DNA of 59,656 nucleotides, the filler included, from Sphacelaria rigidula (taxonomy: Eukaryota): assembly GCA_964200075.2 (NCBI GenBank). It is 10 parts of 10 records of this genome, joined end to end, with 100 filler letters (N's around TTAATTAATTAA, not from the genome) between each part and the next. Parts side by side here need not be neighbours in the genome. Positions count along the whole stretch, not along the records: positions 23,905 to 29,780 come from CAXNAA020023802.1; positions 29,881 to 35,756 come from CAXNAA020023803.1; positions 35,857 to 41,731 come from CAXNAA020023804.1; 7 more parts are not named here. One strand, written 5' to 3'. Both the position numbers and the translations under genes were made by a program. Below, piece after piece: positions 24,788-37,094 of the stretch. The notes under the pieces were generated by a model. It made no database searches. It was not told the origin of the DNA and worked only from the letters and a program-made list of their open reading frames with translations. The number at the start of each line of letters is the position of its first letter. Within the stretch, counting starts at the first letter, position 1.

Positions 24788-25290
24788 GTGGGGGGGCGGG
24801 GGACGGGTGATCACCATTCCTTGGGCAGAGAGGTATTTTTTACGTCCTCATCACCTTTTATTTCAAGTATATCCACGAACCTTGACATTATTGAAACGTG
24901 TTACCATTTGTACTGTACAGTATAGGCCAAAACGGTGGATACCAGTCCTAAAGTCACGTTGGGGGAAGGCTGTTTCTTCGTCCCCTACGCGACCATGCAC
25001 CCCGCGCCCAAATCGACTTCATCGATGTTGCTTTGATACTATTATGCGTCATCTGTCAAATTTCAGGCTCTTGGTGAATTTTGGAGTGCATTGCACTCAA
25101 AATTCTCAAACACGCGGCCAAAGAATGAAATTTTCACATTCTCGGAGCACGGGGCCATGCTTGTTCATGTTGCAGATTGATATTTTCCCGAAATCGCCTG
25201 CCTCTGTTTGCCGAGGTGAATATATATGTTTTAACACAGCTAATCCATTTTCCATCTGTCAGCAGGGCAGGAATAACACACAGAACCCCG

Positions 25291-25560
25291 GATTGATTGA
25301 TTGATTGATTGTTTATCTCACATTAGCTGATTACAACAATCCAGCCTGTGGTCAGGAGAAGCAAAAATAGAACAGGATACGACATATTCAAAGTCTAATC
25401 GGGACGCCAGAATTTTATTATCATCATCTCGGTACATTCAGTGCGATCTCTCGAACACGTGGTCACAGACGTAGGCTCGTCTTTCCACTACCGTCCCTGC
25501 TATTCCTTACAAGACATGAAGTCTTCGTCATTTTTTCTGAGCATACAGCCCGATCACAAG
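25291..25560 (-). repeat. Probable retroposon 3' end with (CAAT)n tail; similar tail at ~26045-26110 (+)
   Basis: (GATT)n tract next to TGACCAC.GGCTG, shared by both sites; distal boundary approximate. Confidence 0.4.
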
Positions 25561-28165
25561 AACAAACGCTAGACTTCGCTTATTTTTTAGATGCGCCCTT
25601 GCAGCTTCGAATGAACATATCCCGAAATCGCCTCCGTTTGGCGAAGGCATGATGGAACATCCTCACGCCACTGATTCGTTGGTGATGGCTAGCCAGAGAG
25701 GATACAGCACTTGAATAACTCCAGAAGAAGACATGATACTTGAACAACAATCACCGAAATACATGAGCAGCAATTTGGTCCCACGTGTTCGTTTTTCTTG
25801 GTGACTAGGTACGAATTCGCGTGAATGTACTTCTGCCCGAGGCCCTGATCATCTGAAGCCATGTTACAGAGGCCGGCCATCTCCACCAGTAGTTTCCTTG
25901 TGTCTTGACTTTGTTTCGCTTGCTTGTTTGTTTGACAGCTTGATGTTACTTTACTTTTTTGTGTATGTTTCACCTTTCTGCTTTCTTCACGTACCTTCAG
26001 CAAGTGCTTGTGTTTCTCATTTGTTTGATCTCGGGTGCGTCTATCGTGTGACCACGGCTGAACCTCTGGGGAAGCAGTTACCGTGTAACAATCAATCAAT
26101 CGAATCAATCGTTCTCGGGACTCCTGGCTGCTTAGGAATCAACAGAGGTCCAGATAGCATCTTGACTGAACCATGCACCCCGGCAAGTGATCCCAACCCC
26201 AACGCTGACCCTAGAACCAGATCCACCAACGCTCATCTGTCAACGTTCCCCAGAACGAAGAAATAGTTCTTGACACCATACTCAGGTCTCACGGAAAATG
26301 AGATGCACACCCCTACGCACTGGACGAGCCCTTGAGGACCAAAAGATACTCTCACACGGAAAGCCGCGAGCAAAATATGAAGTAACTGCTGAATACCATC
26401 AGACGAACGGCATCGGTTCTTCAATATCTTCTGCATCACGTGCAGGGATCTGGTACCAGGTACATACTACATTACTTTCACGAGACCTAAACGGCAGTGT
26501 GATGTTCCAAACAGCATCGTGTTGCAAACAAAGCTCGAAACAAAGCTAGCTCAACGCGCAACCGACCGAGCGACAGTGTGCCAGTCGACGGAGAATACGT
26601 TCGTCTCACGGCGTACACGGGAGCAGCTCTCCCCACGAGTCTTTCGCGAGAAAGAAGGGACATATTGCTTTCTTCACAAGTCACATGAAAGGCAAGCCGC
26701 CAAGAGCAAGAGCCGAACGCAATGTCGCCGGCCCCCGGCGTCGGGTTTCTCGTCCTCTGCATTCCGAGACTACAACTCAACCCAGCCCTAGCTTGACCTC
26801 AAGTCTGACCCTGGAGATGGGAACCATCTGTGTACTGTGTCCTGTCCGCGCTCCCGCCTTCAGTGTTCTCTTCGTCATCTAGTTGTGCTACAGGTACAAA
26901 TGCACGAGCACATGCGTCACTCTCTGGTCCTGTGTATCAAGAATGAAGAGCACACCCGAATGCTATGGTGACTCATCTGCTTGTGCCCCGTACAAGGCCG
27001 TTGCTGCAATATAAGCAAGCAAAACTATATCGTACATTACTACAGCCTCAGACTAGTACCAGCAGACGATTGATAGCGCAAAATCAGAGCGGGAAAGAGG
27101 AAACTCAAGATGAATCTAGTTGGGTGTGAGAATTGGAAGAAGGGTTACCAGGTGACCTGCAGTTAGCACCGGCGATCTGATCGTTGTACGGTGCTATGGG
27201 CACACACGGCACTTCAAAAGTCGTCCGGACCCGTGATTTTGTACACAAGCCCACCGTCCTCCTTACGAACCGCGACGCCCCCGTCTTCTTCTGCAAAAGC
27301 CTCGTAACCGTCACATCGCTTCCTCATCAGACAGCGGAACTTGTTGATCAGTTCGAATTTGCTGGGGCCAGCTTTTGCCAGTACTCGCACCCCGTCCATT
27401 TTCACCTCCTGCAAGGACAGTAGGTGCGAAGAATGTATGGTGAGTTGTCAGGCAGGGAGCTATGCATCAATTCAAGCCACGAAGCTGGCGCTGTCATTAC
27501 GATCAAGTGCGTGATAGGAATGGCATGAACAATCCTTGCACTCCCGATTATTGGTCACGAGAAACTGTCGACCTCGTGGTGCTCGAAAACCCCCTTGTGC
27601 CACGAAAATCATCCATTGATTTAGAGAGTTCAGAGAGAGGTTGGCCTCGGCGCACATGCCAGCCTCGTTCGTGGCCGTCGTCGTGTTGAAGGATATCATA
27701 CTCACGGCATTGATTACCAACAGCATATGTGCTTCGCCAACCACGCCATTGTCTTACAGTCCGACCGACCGGCGCCGAAAATACGAGCATCACTCTCAAG
27801 GCTGAACCGTGGGTATTGCTCTTCAAGTTGAAATTTATCCAATTGTATTCACTCCGAGGCAGCCTCTCCCGCCTACTGTGTGGCTGGTGTGGCCGGTAAG
27901 TAGCCGTGCAACGCTAGCCATTCTGTTCGCACCTCGAGGCACGGGAAAGACACACAAACCGTCCAACTTGTGTCTGGCTGAGACACTGCCTCCAAATTAC
28001 TTAAACGACCACCTATGGCATGCATACGGTCCCGACAGATAACTCCTCCGACCATGCCGCACACGGAGGCGGCAGCCAACAGCTACCAGTGGGGTCACAG
28101 AAAAAAAACGTCGAAACGGTAAGGTATACGCTGGGCACACGCGGAACACCAGGTCGATGGTTCTC

Positions 28166-29780
28166 TCACACGACGTTCATACACAAGAAGCCCCGATTTC
28201 CACTCACGATTACGGCTTTGTCGGTGAGGCCCATCACCACATCTTCGCCCTCCGCCGCATCCGGACTCGGTACTTCGCGGCGCTGCGCGTCACGACCACC
28301 CCAGAACCTCCGCTTCTCCGTGCGGTGGACCTCTTTTTTACCCTTACCCCTCCAGTGCCACCACCGGTTTCCTTCCGTTACTCCGACCCCGACACCGCGA
28401 ACCTTTCGCCGCACGTCCGTGTCTTCTTCACCACTTCTCGGCTCCACCGTCTCCGCCGACACTTTGTCCGAACGCTCGATCCACCCGGTGGTCGCTGCTC
28501 TATTACGGGGGTAATCCCTTTCCTTCAGAACTCGCGATACCTTTCTCCAGTTGGAAGACACCAAAAACTCGCCCATTGCGTCTCCGGCACCGTCTTGCTC
28601 AGCATCGCTCCTCTCCCTTTCTTCCTGAGGGGCCAACTCTGCCGGGGCTGGCGAGGTCTGCGGGATCTTGGATGACATAATCGACCCGTCACGGCCCAAA
28701 CTGATCGCTGCTCTCCCCTGGGGGGACACAAGCCTCTCGGGCAACTCGAGAGATTGGCCTACTTTCAGAGAGGGCAAATCGGCCTTGATCGGTCCCGCGC
28801 GCAAAAATGGTGGCACCGATGTTGAAGGGGACGGGGGTGACAACTGCCCCGAATCGCTGGTGGCGTCGCTCTTACCGTTGTTATTAGACTTTTCGGGGCT
28901 TCCGGGTTCCGTAATCTCCTCGCTGCTTCCCCCGGAGACGTGTACGGAAACGGACGTCGGAAACTGCTTCATGTCTTCTACTTCCGCCATCATCCCATCC
29001 CACAAGAGATCTACCGGCTCAGCGGAGGAAACCCCGTCCGCGGCAAGGCCTTCAGTGATCGTGCGTGTGGAATCAGCAGCGGATCGAGCTGCCTCCACCC
29101 TTCCGCTGTCAGACTGCACAGAATCGGCCTCGGCGGCGGCAACAACAGCAGTGGGCGTGGTCGAGCCCATGCACGAAGCCCCGCCATCGTCGGAGCAGCC
29201 AGTCGACAAGTCGATCTCCTTCACTCCTCGGGGAGGCTGGGGATCTGCAGTGATCGTGCGTGTGGCATCAGCAGCGGATCGAGCTGTCTCCGTCCTTCCG
29301 CTGTCAGACTGCACAGAATCGGCCTCGGCAGCGGCAACAACAGCAGTGGGCGTGGTCGAGCCCATGCACGAAGCCCCGCCATCGTCGGAGCAGCCAGTCG
29401 ACATGTCGATCTCCTTCACTCCTCGGGGAGGCGGGGGATCTTCGGTGATCGTACGTATGGCATCAGCAGCGGATCGAGCTGTCTCTCTCCTTCCGCTGTC
29501 AGACTGCACAGAATCGGCTTCGGCGGCGGCAACAACAGCAGTGGGCGTGGTCGAGCCCATGCACGGAGCCCCGCCATCGTCGGAGCAGCCAGTCGACAAG
29601 TCGATCTCCTTCACTCCTCGGGGAGGCTGGGGATCTTCAGTGATCGTGCGTGTGGCATCAGCATCGGATCGAGCTGCCTCCGCCCTTCCGCTGTCAGACT
29701 GCACAGAATCGGCCTCGGCGGCGGCAGCAACAGCAGTGGGCGTGGTCGAGCCCATGCACGAAGCCCCGCCATCGTCGGAG
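28166..29780 (-). CDS. Open frame of >529 aa with 65-aa tandem repeats, 5' end cut by contig edge; host exon or TE ORF
   Basis: Uninterrupted frame; acidic Ser/Thr/Ala-rich repeats then unique sequence. Confidence 0.55.
29052..29780. repeat. 195-bp tandem repeat, about 3.7 copies visible
   Basis: Near-identical units (e.g. CTTCCGCTGTCAGACTGCACAGAATCGG recurring every 195 bp). Confidence 0.95.
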
Positions 29781-31341
29781 NNNNNNNNNNNNNNNNNNNN
29801 NNNNNNNNNNNNNNNNNNNNNNNNTTAATTAATTAANNNNNNNNNNNNNNNNNNNNNNNNNNNNNNNNNNNNNNNNNNNNCCCCCGCCCCTCTCCTCTTC
29901 GTTTTTTTCGTTCACCCCCCCCCCCCCCCCCCGCCCCCCCCCGTTTTTTCATGGGTAACATAACACCACAACACGTCAAGAATGAGCAAACATAGATGAG
30001 TGAGTCCATCGTTACATAACTTGATAAAAACAAGACCGCATCAAGTCTTGACTGCATCAAGTCTTAAAGTTTGAAAAGAATGGACGGATTTCATTTTCAG
30101 GGCACCATTTTGCGTTCTACATACATATACATACATCATATCTTGCACTCATTTGAAGAATAGCGAGCGAGCACATGACGTAATATCTGGCGAGAAGTAT
30201 ATCAAACATACAGGGACATAATGACTAACTCAATATCGCACGTGGTCATACTAGGCTTCGAATCTGTTGTGTTTCAAGTGGCGCAAAAAGCTCCTATTCA
30301 TCTGAACAGGTGGATCTTTAGTGTTGTTATGGAAATTCATACACGAGGAACCCTGACCGTTTTCTTAAGGCCAAGCCAAATGCGTATGTACGTACTGTCA
30401 ACCCATCTATTCTGGACACCATTCTACACCTTTCGGTATAGGTGGGCGTATCAGCCGGGCTCACACAGGAGGAAGGCCAGCACAGGAGTTTCTTAATGTT
30501 ATTTCATTGCAGTGCTTTGCTTTCCTTTTGCGGTGCTTGCCTTATTTCTTCTTCGTGACAGGGGTTCAGCGGTCACTTTACCTTGTCGACCGTGAAGTCC
30601 AATGTTGTGTACCCACAAAATAGTCACTCTCCAGTGCTGTAATATACCTAAGCACCATCATACTTTGCGCCTTGCTCCGGTCATTTTTGTACTTTCAAGG
30701 AGTCGTGATCGCACCTCCCGCAAGTTTAGACATTGGAGAGTTTCGGACAACGTTTTTTGTCATTTCAGAGTGCAAATACCTCACTATCAGAGTGTAATGA
30801 AAAATTATTATTCCCTCCGTCAGATGTGATATCTCTTCAACTTTTCTTCAGTGAGGTGTTTCTTTTTTTTTGTGCATTCTAATCCTTGGATATTTGCAGT
30901 CTGGAATGACAAAAAAAAGCGTTTTCCGACACTCTCATTATTACACTGGATGCCGTATCACGCTCAATTATCACACTGCATGCCATATAATCTCAACTGC
31001 GTTCTCCATGGTACCCCCCGCTGCAGCTGTACCGTGCTGACGGGGCTTTTTTATAAGATGAATGCGACAAACAGTACAGCAGTTCAGTGTATTTCCTCTC
31101 CACTGCACATACAGACAGTACCGTGAACAATACTGTAGAGGTATTTCAAACTAGAGGCCAGGCTCTCGGTATCGCCGGGAAGCCCGAGTTGAGATACCTT
31201 TACTGCCGGCTCAATTGCCAGTGCACCTCCGCACTGTACATCAGGCCCCCACCTGACTCTGCGTACCATCTGATGTACGCGCGTGTTGTCACAAATACTG
31301 CCATATTTCCCTCATGGGGCTCCTCCTCATCGGCAACTAAC

Positions 31342-31518
31342 CTTGAGACCACCGTTCGTGTTGAGGGCACAGTTGTAGTTTTCTCCCGAGGAAATGGCTG
31401 CCGGGGAGAAGTCGCTTCCGAGCTTCACGACGGGCAAATTGCTCATATCCGCTTCCGCCGTGCCTCTTACCGTCGTGTCATTGTTGCTCAACTGACCAAA
31501 GGCGTTTGATCCCCAGCA
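31342..31518 (-). CDS. RCC1/BLIP-II-repeat exon (59 codons)
   Basis: TGCAG|CWGSNAFGQL...AISSGENYNCALNTNGGLK|GTTAGT; one RCC1 repeat, phase 0 at both ends. Confidence 0.8.
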
Positions 31519-31606
31519 CTGCATATATCATTCCCCAGCAGCACCAGATTTCAGGGATGACAACGACATCAAAGAACGACCGCACGCGCAGGGGGGGAGG
31601 GGGGGG

Positions 31607-31649
31607 CGTACTCATTTGTTGCTTGCCTTAGTCATTTGACCATTGACCA
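31607..31649 (-). mobile_element. 43-bp LINE family B 3' tip between two G-runs
   Basis: CGTACTCATTTGTTGCTTGCCTTAGTCATTTGACCATTGACCA with G-runs on both sides. Confidence 0.8.
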
Positions 31650-31880
31650 GGGGGGGGGTCAACAAACTGAGCGAGCACGGATTGCTGTATCCTCAGCGAT
31701 TGTTCGTCTTAGCTGGTTCGGTGGAAGGCCCCCGTATTTTCGGACTTTGAACGGTTTTAATTGCCTCCAAAAATGTTGCATCTTAAAATTTTTGCCCTTG
31801 AATTATCTGCGGGCCCCGTGCCGGTTTGAAACAGATGGATCGACCTTACCGGGGAAGGGAGGTAGGTGGGTTAACCAGCG

Positions 31881-32105
31881 TTGGGCTACAATATGCCCAT
31901 GGTTGACACATTTTTATAACTATCGCTACCCCTACCCCTAAAACCTGCTCCGTCTCGAAAGGGATGCGTGGTCAATGGTCACAAGACTAAGGCAAGCAAC
32001 AAATGAGTACCCCTAAAACCCAGACCCATCCCCATTCAAGATTCGATTTTTGTTGTTCATACCAAAAAATCACGTGATATTAACCATGGACATATTGTAG
32101 CCCAA
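31881..32105. mobile_element. MITE interrupted by a family B insertion
   Basis: TIR TTGGGCTACAATATG(C/T)CCATGGTT at both ends. Confidence 0.75.
31946..32009 (+). mobile_element. 64-bp LINE family B 3' tip with perfect TSD
   Basis: Flanked by CCCCTAAAACC at 31935-31945 and 32010-32020; no poly(A). Confidence 0.9.
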
Positions 32106-33903
32106 TGCCAATCAACCCTTAGACCGTGGTGCGGGTAGTCCATCTGGATCATGCTTACTTTCCGTAAGTGATTATTGATGCCGACTAAAGATAGCAACGT
32201 TTTTCCTCATCTCCGCTCCCGTATTCCTCGTAGGAGAACTAGTCATTGTACCGCTCTATTTTTATTTCACCACTCTCTCCCGCCTGTCCTTGAGACGAGT
32301 TCATGGTTTCAAGGAGTCAACCCCGAACACGACTGCCGTTCCGGTATTTTGCGCACTGGATCAGCACTTTCGCATAGCGTCGACTGTCGAATAATATCCT
32401 CAGCCAACCAGATCATGTTTGCTACCCACATACGTCCTCATGCTTGCAGTGACGAAAATCAGGTACTTTTGAGAAAAAAAAAGCCAGACTGTAATAGACG
32501 CATTTGGCGGGAATTCAGCCGCCCTTTTCCCCGCTCCAACGCGGTGTCTTGTCAAGACAAGAAAAGGAAGCGTAGAACGAAACAAGCGTCCAGAATCCAA
32601 AACGATTGTGTTGATTAGTCGGCGCAACCGTAGACCCGCCTGGCGACCAACCAACGGGTTGCATTTGAACGCTGGTTTGGTTTCTCGCTTATTTTCCTTT
32701 TGTCTCGGTAAGAGACGGCTTTACAGCGTAATTTGTACTATTGCGAGCTGGAACAGCGTGAAAAAGGATTCAACACTTTGATGGTGAGAGTAGGTCATCT
32801 GTTGAATCAGAATCAAATTTAACTTGGAAAAAAGTATGCATGGTCCAGATCCACCACCCTCGCGGTCTACGGGTTCAACCCTTCGGCGGCGAGAGAACTT
32901 TATCGGTAGCAGTCGGCATCAATTTCACTTGAAAAGAGTAGGCACGATCCAGATGGTGTCCCCTCGCGGTCCAAGCATTGATCGCCAGGCAGGACGTTGT
33001 ATCGGCATCATCTTCACTTGCAAAATGAATGAGACCTACATCACCCACCCTGGCGGCCAAGGGGTTTCAAATAAATTGTCACAAGTCATGTCGTCCACGC
33101 AGACGGGATTGGGCCGTGATTCCCTCATCTACTCAACAGCCCGGTCATATGATTTCTTGTTGGTTCAACGCCATGTCGTGTAAATCCCGTGATGTGCGAA
33201 GATGCCTCTCGGGATATGGCGTGCCCAGTTCGTACACCACCAGAGCGCGGCGTTTTGTCACGTAAAAAACCGCTGCAAAAGATACCGCAGGCATTTGTAA
33301 CAACCACACCGCTCGTAACACGACATCCATGTGGAGTTCTTGTTTGATTTCTCCGTATCTGCTGCACGTCCATCATGCGCCCCTAATAGGAAGCATCATC
33401 AAAGCGTTTTGCTCTGTTCGTGCTCACGTGTCCTGGTATACCCGTGTTGTTCATTTTCGATTACATGGAGGCGGTATTGTGAAAGTTTGGACATCAAGAC
33501 CAGACGCACCTAGTGTGTCATGAAGCCAAAACTCGGACGGTGTGTTCGCTAATAGTACCACAGCAATGTGTCACAGTCACAGGTTCAGCAGCGCAAGCAG
33601 CTGAGGGTGCGGCGTGCATTGAAACGGTGGATACCACCCACGCGCCCATCTTTTTTCTAGGTTACGATCGCTTTCCGATGACGAGTGTAGTGGGTACGGT
33701 ATCAATCGGGCAAGCAGGCAGCACCGCATCCCGGCAGCCCTATCATGATTCTTCGCCCGGTTGTGGATGAACACTCAACGACACACAGCTAAGAAGCACT
33801 GTTTATGCTCCGTTATATCTCTGCATTCGGGGGGCTGAATATTCACACTCCAACTCGCATCACAGGTGTAGGTAAAAAGCTCCTGTGCGTACAGTGCCAT
33901 TTG

Positions 33904-34138
33904 TAGAGCTCGGAAATGGTTTGTCTAACCATCAAGGGGTGAAATGGTACATAATGGTTTGGTCATGGCTTCAGTAGAGCTGAAAAATACGTGAAATTTG
34001 GGCCAACTTTCAAGAGTAACAGCCGGTAACGGATAATAATGGTTTGAAACCATTATCCAACATTCCAACATAATCATCACCATTATCACCATTTTAATGA
34101 TGGTGGTCAGTTAGAACTGGTACCATTTCCGAGCTCCA
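33904..34138. mobile_element. hAT-type MITE
   Basis: TIR T(A/G)GAGCTCGGAAATGGT; flanks GCCATTTG / GACATTTG (7 of 8 match). Confidence 0.85.
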
Positions 34139-34276
34139 GACATTTGGCAAGGACCCTTGCCGGCTTATCTTACAAGGGAGCAACGTCCTCCTACAGACAG
34201 TACGACAACCTCAGCTCAGGGAGGGCTGACAGTCTGGCAGCCCCGGGGGTGGGTAGTCTGTACTCTTCTCCACATA

Positions 34277-34849
34277 CTTCCTGTCCCATAAGTAGAGGTA
34301 CCTACATTTGTACGGGCCCTTAACGATGTCCGTTTTTTTATTTAAATGAACTCTACGGGTATTTTTTGGGTTAAGGAAATCTGTTTAAAATTTGCAGCCA
34401 GTGCTTGAACCATGCCGCCTAACGGCTGCAAAAAACGTAGTCGGCCCAAAAATGCCCGTTTTTTGCCCCTTCCTGAGGGGAAAAAAAGTGTCGATTTGTT
34501 TTGGGATTTTTTTACTCGCCCCCGCCTTCACTGGGGCTTGCTGCCAGGAACTCCCACGCCTTCGCAACGGTCTCCTGATCATATTTTACCACCCTTCCCA
34601 ATGTCCCCGCCCTCTGGCGCGCCCTAACCCCGGTGTGCCCCACACTAAAGTCGTTGTCGCCCATCTTGGGAAGTGTTTTGCGACACTTTTTTTGCAGTCA
34701 TTCGGCGGCATGGTTCCAGCACGAGCTGCAAATTTTAAACACATTTTCTTCGCCCAAAAAACACTGTAGAGTTCATTGAAAAAAAAAGGATCGGACATCG
34801 TTAAGGGCCTGTAAAAATTCAGGTACCTTTACTTATGGGACAGAGGAAG
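34277..34849. mobile_element. Stowaway-like (Tc1/mariner) MITE with ~160-bp imperfect TIRs
   Basis: TA flanks; terminus CTTCC(TC)TGTCCCATAAGTA resembles Stowaway CTCCCTCCGTCCC. Confidence 0.8.
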
Positions 34850-35691
34850 TACCAACTTGAGAGTACGGTGGCGAAGGGTATGTAAGTTCATCTTTCGATG
34901 ATGGAATCACCTCCACTTTGCCGGGGTCTCGTGGAGTATTCGACGATCTCAGCACGTAGCTTGATAGGTGCGGAAGTACAAGTCTGCGATCTTTGCAATG
35001 TGTAAGCTGTTCCCCACGCACAATCATTCGGTTATTTAGCTTGGCTGATTGTTGTCGTTCAAACAAAGGAGGCGGCGTTACAACTCTGCGTGCGCCACCT
35101 GGGGCGAACGCACACTTGAAGGGGATTCCACGCTCATTTGCGTACAATTCACGGGGGAGTCAAGAACGCTCAAAAGGTTATGTGGCAAATGACCCTGACA
35201 CAGCCCTTGCCCGAGGCACCATTGCTGTGCACTGCGCGCAGTCTCTACACACAGTCGGTTAGCAAACAGTGCTGCATTATAATAGTGCGCACAGACAGGG
35301 CGGGGGTAGCATGTGCGAGAACACGGTACCAACTCCGTCCTCTACTTCGTTCAGGGTCACGGTTTCACTTGCAATCGCTCGCGATATGCGCAGTGACACT
35401 TTTCGTCCTGGGGGGTGCTGCTCTCGCCACCTCACTTGCCCGCCTGTTGCGCTAGCTGTCCGTACCGATTGTGATCGCCCCTCTTGCTACGATGACTTCT
35501 GCTATCTGAGCCCAGCACTTTCAACACCACGGAACATGACGGCTGCGACTGGAACGTAGTACTGTATTTCAAATAATTACCTTCCTACAAAGCCTCCATA
35601 TTATCGAGAGGGAAAAAGACTGGGTACACTGTACAACCGTCCGTGTACTTGGAAGCGGTGCACGTCGAGAGGAAAGCAGAAAAACTGACCG

Positions 35692-35723
<32 letters not shown>

Positions 35724-35856
35724 ACCCCACCCCACCCCTCCACCCCCCCCCCCCGCNNNNNNNNNNNNNNNNNNNNNNNNNNNNNNNNNNNNNNNNNNNN
35801 TTAATTAATTAANNNNNNNNNNNNNNNNNNNNNNNNNNNNNNNNNNNNNNNNNNNN

Positions 35857-36465
35857 TCGCTCTACCCGAATATGGCCCGCGCCGCTCGAGTCCTGATGTC
35901 TGTGCCGGCATTGTCTGCCGTTCTGGAAAGGGACTTCAGCACCGCTGGGCGTCTCATCACCGGGTCCCGAAGCAGGCTTGATTCGGCATATGCGGAGATG
36001 GTGCTGTTCCTCCATGGGAACCACGAGTACATCCCCGTGAAAGTTCCCGCTCTATCGACGGAGCAAGCGCTGCAAGCGGTACCAAGGCGGCTTTCTGACC
36101 CTAGGCCGGAGATCGAGGGCCTTTCTTCGGCGAACGCGGAGCGGGATGATGACTTCGACGAGTACGCAGTCGAGATATCCAACAACTTTGGGACGGGATA
36201 GTGATGAAGCATGTGCAATTTTTCCCAGCAAGGGTATTTTTCATAACCTTGATTGGTTGTCCATTATGCCTTTCTTCTCTGTTGGCGATATTTGCGTTTT
36301 TTCTTGTACCTTCTGTGGAGTTGAGGCTCTTGCCTGCATGGTTTTCGAGGGTCGGGTGAGTTAATTCGTCTGGAAATTGCTTGATTTTAGTGTAGTTGAT
36401 TTGTACCGTACGAATCAACCCTTACGCTTTGTTTCCCGCGTTGCAACCCAGTTACGCGCACCCTA
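35857..36465 (+). mobile_element. 3' part of a hAT transposon: transposase C-terminal dimerisation domain (stop at 36201) and probable right end
   Basis: YPNMARAARVLMSVPALSAVLERDFSTAGRLITGSRSRL matches the hATC pattern; candidate terminus ...GCGCACCCTA. Confidence 0.85.
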
Positions 36466-37094
36466 GGCACGTGGAATGGCGCAAAGGTTGCGTGGATACC
36501 TCTCGGACCAGCGGTCAACTGTTTTCTCCTTTTTGGGTAATCAGGCCTGAAAAATCGTGAATTTGATTATTCCAACCGGTCATGATTCGTCCAAATCGTG
36601 ATGGCTGCACAAAACACGCAATACTTGATTGCTTATTCCTTTGACCGCGAGGGCAGGAGGTCTCTGAATCGGCATCATTCACACCCGAAAAAATATGTGA
36701 ATTATGCTGATTTATCAGATCACCTACCCTCGCGGTCAAAGAGCTAACCCTTGACGGCGAGCACTAGTCATCTGTTGAATTGGTTCCAATTTCACTCGAA
36801 AAACGTATGCATGACCAGATAGACTCGTGCCCCTCGCGGCTAACTGGTCAAAGGACAGGAATCGGTCGATCATTGATCACTGTAGACAGTGAACATCAAT
36901 AATGTTTTTAACCATCCGACCAAGCGAAAGAGGACACGTGTGCTTCTTTTCTTCCTGTCGCGAAGAGTGAGGCAAAACATCACAACCTAATGATTACGGC
37001 GACATCCGTTCGAACAAGAATGTGACCTCATGAGCGATACGGGGTTGGCCAGCGGCGGGCTAGGCGTATGATGTGAGTGAGCCTCAACCCCGTG

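Noticed and set aside
28668..29836. Plus-strand ORFs of 386 and 298 aa
   Set aside because: Stop-free by tandem repetition and run into Ns; the minus frame extends further
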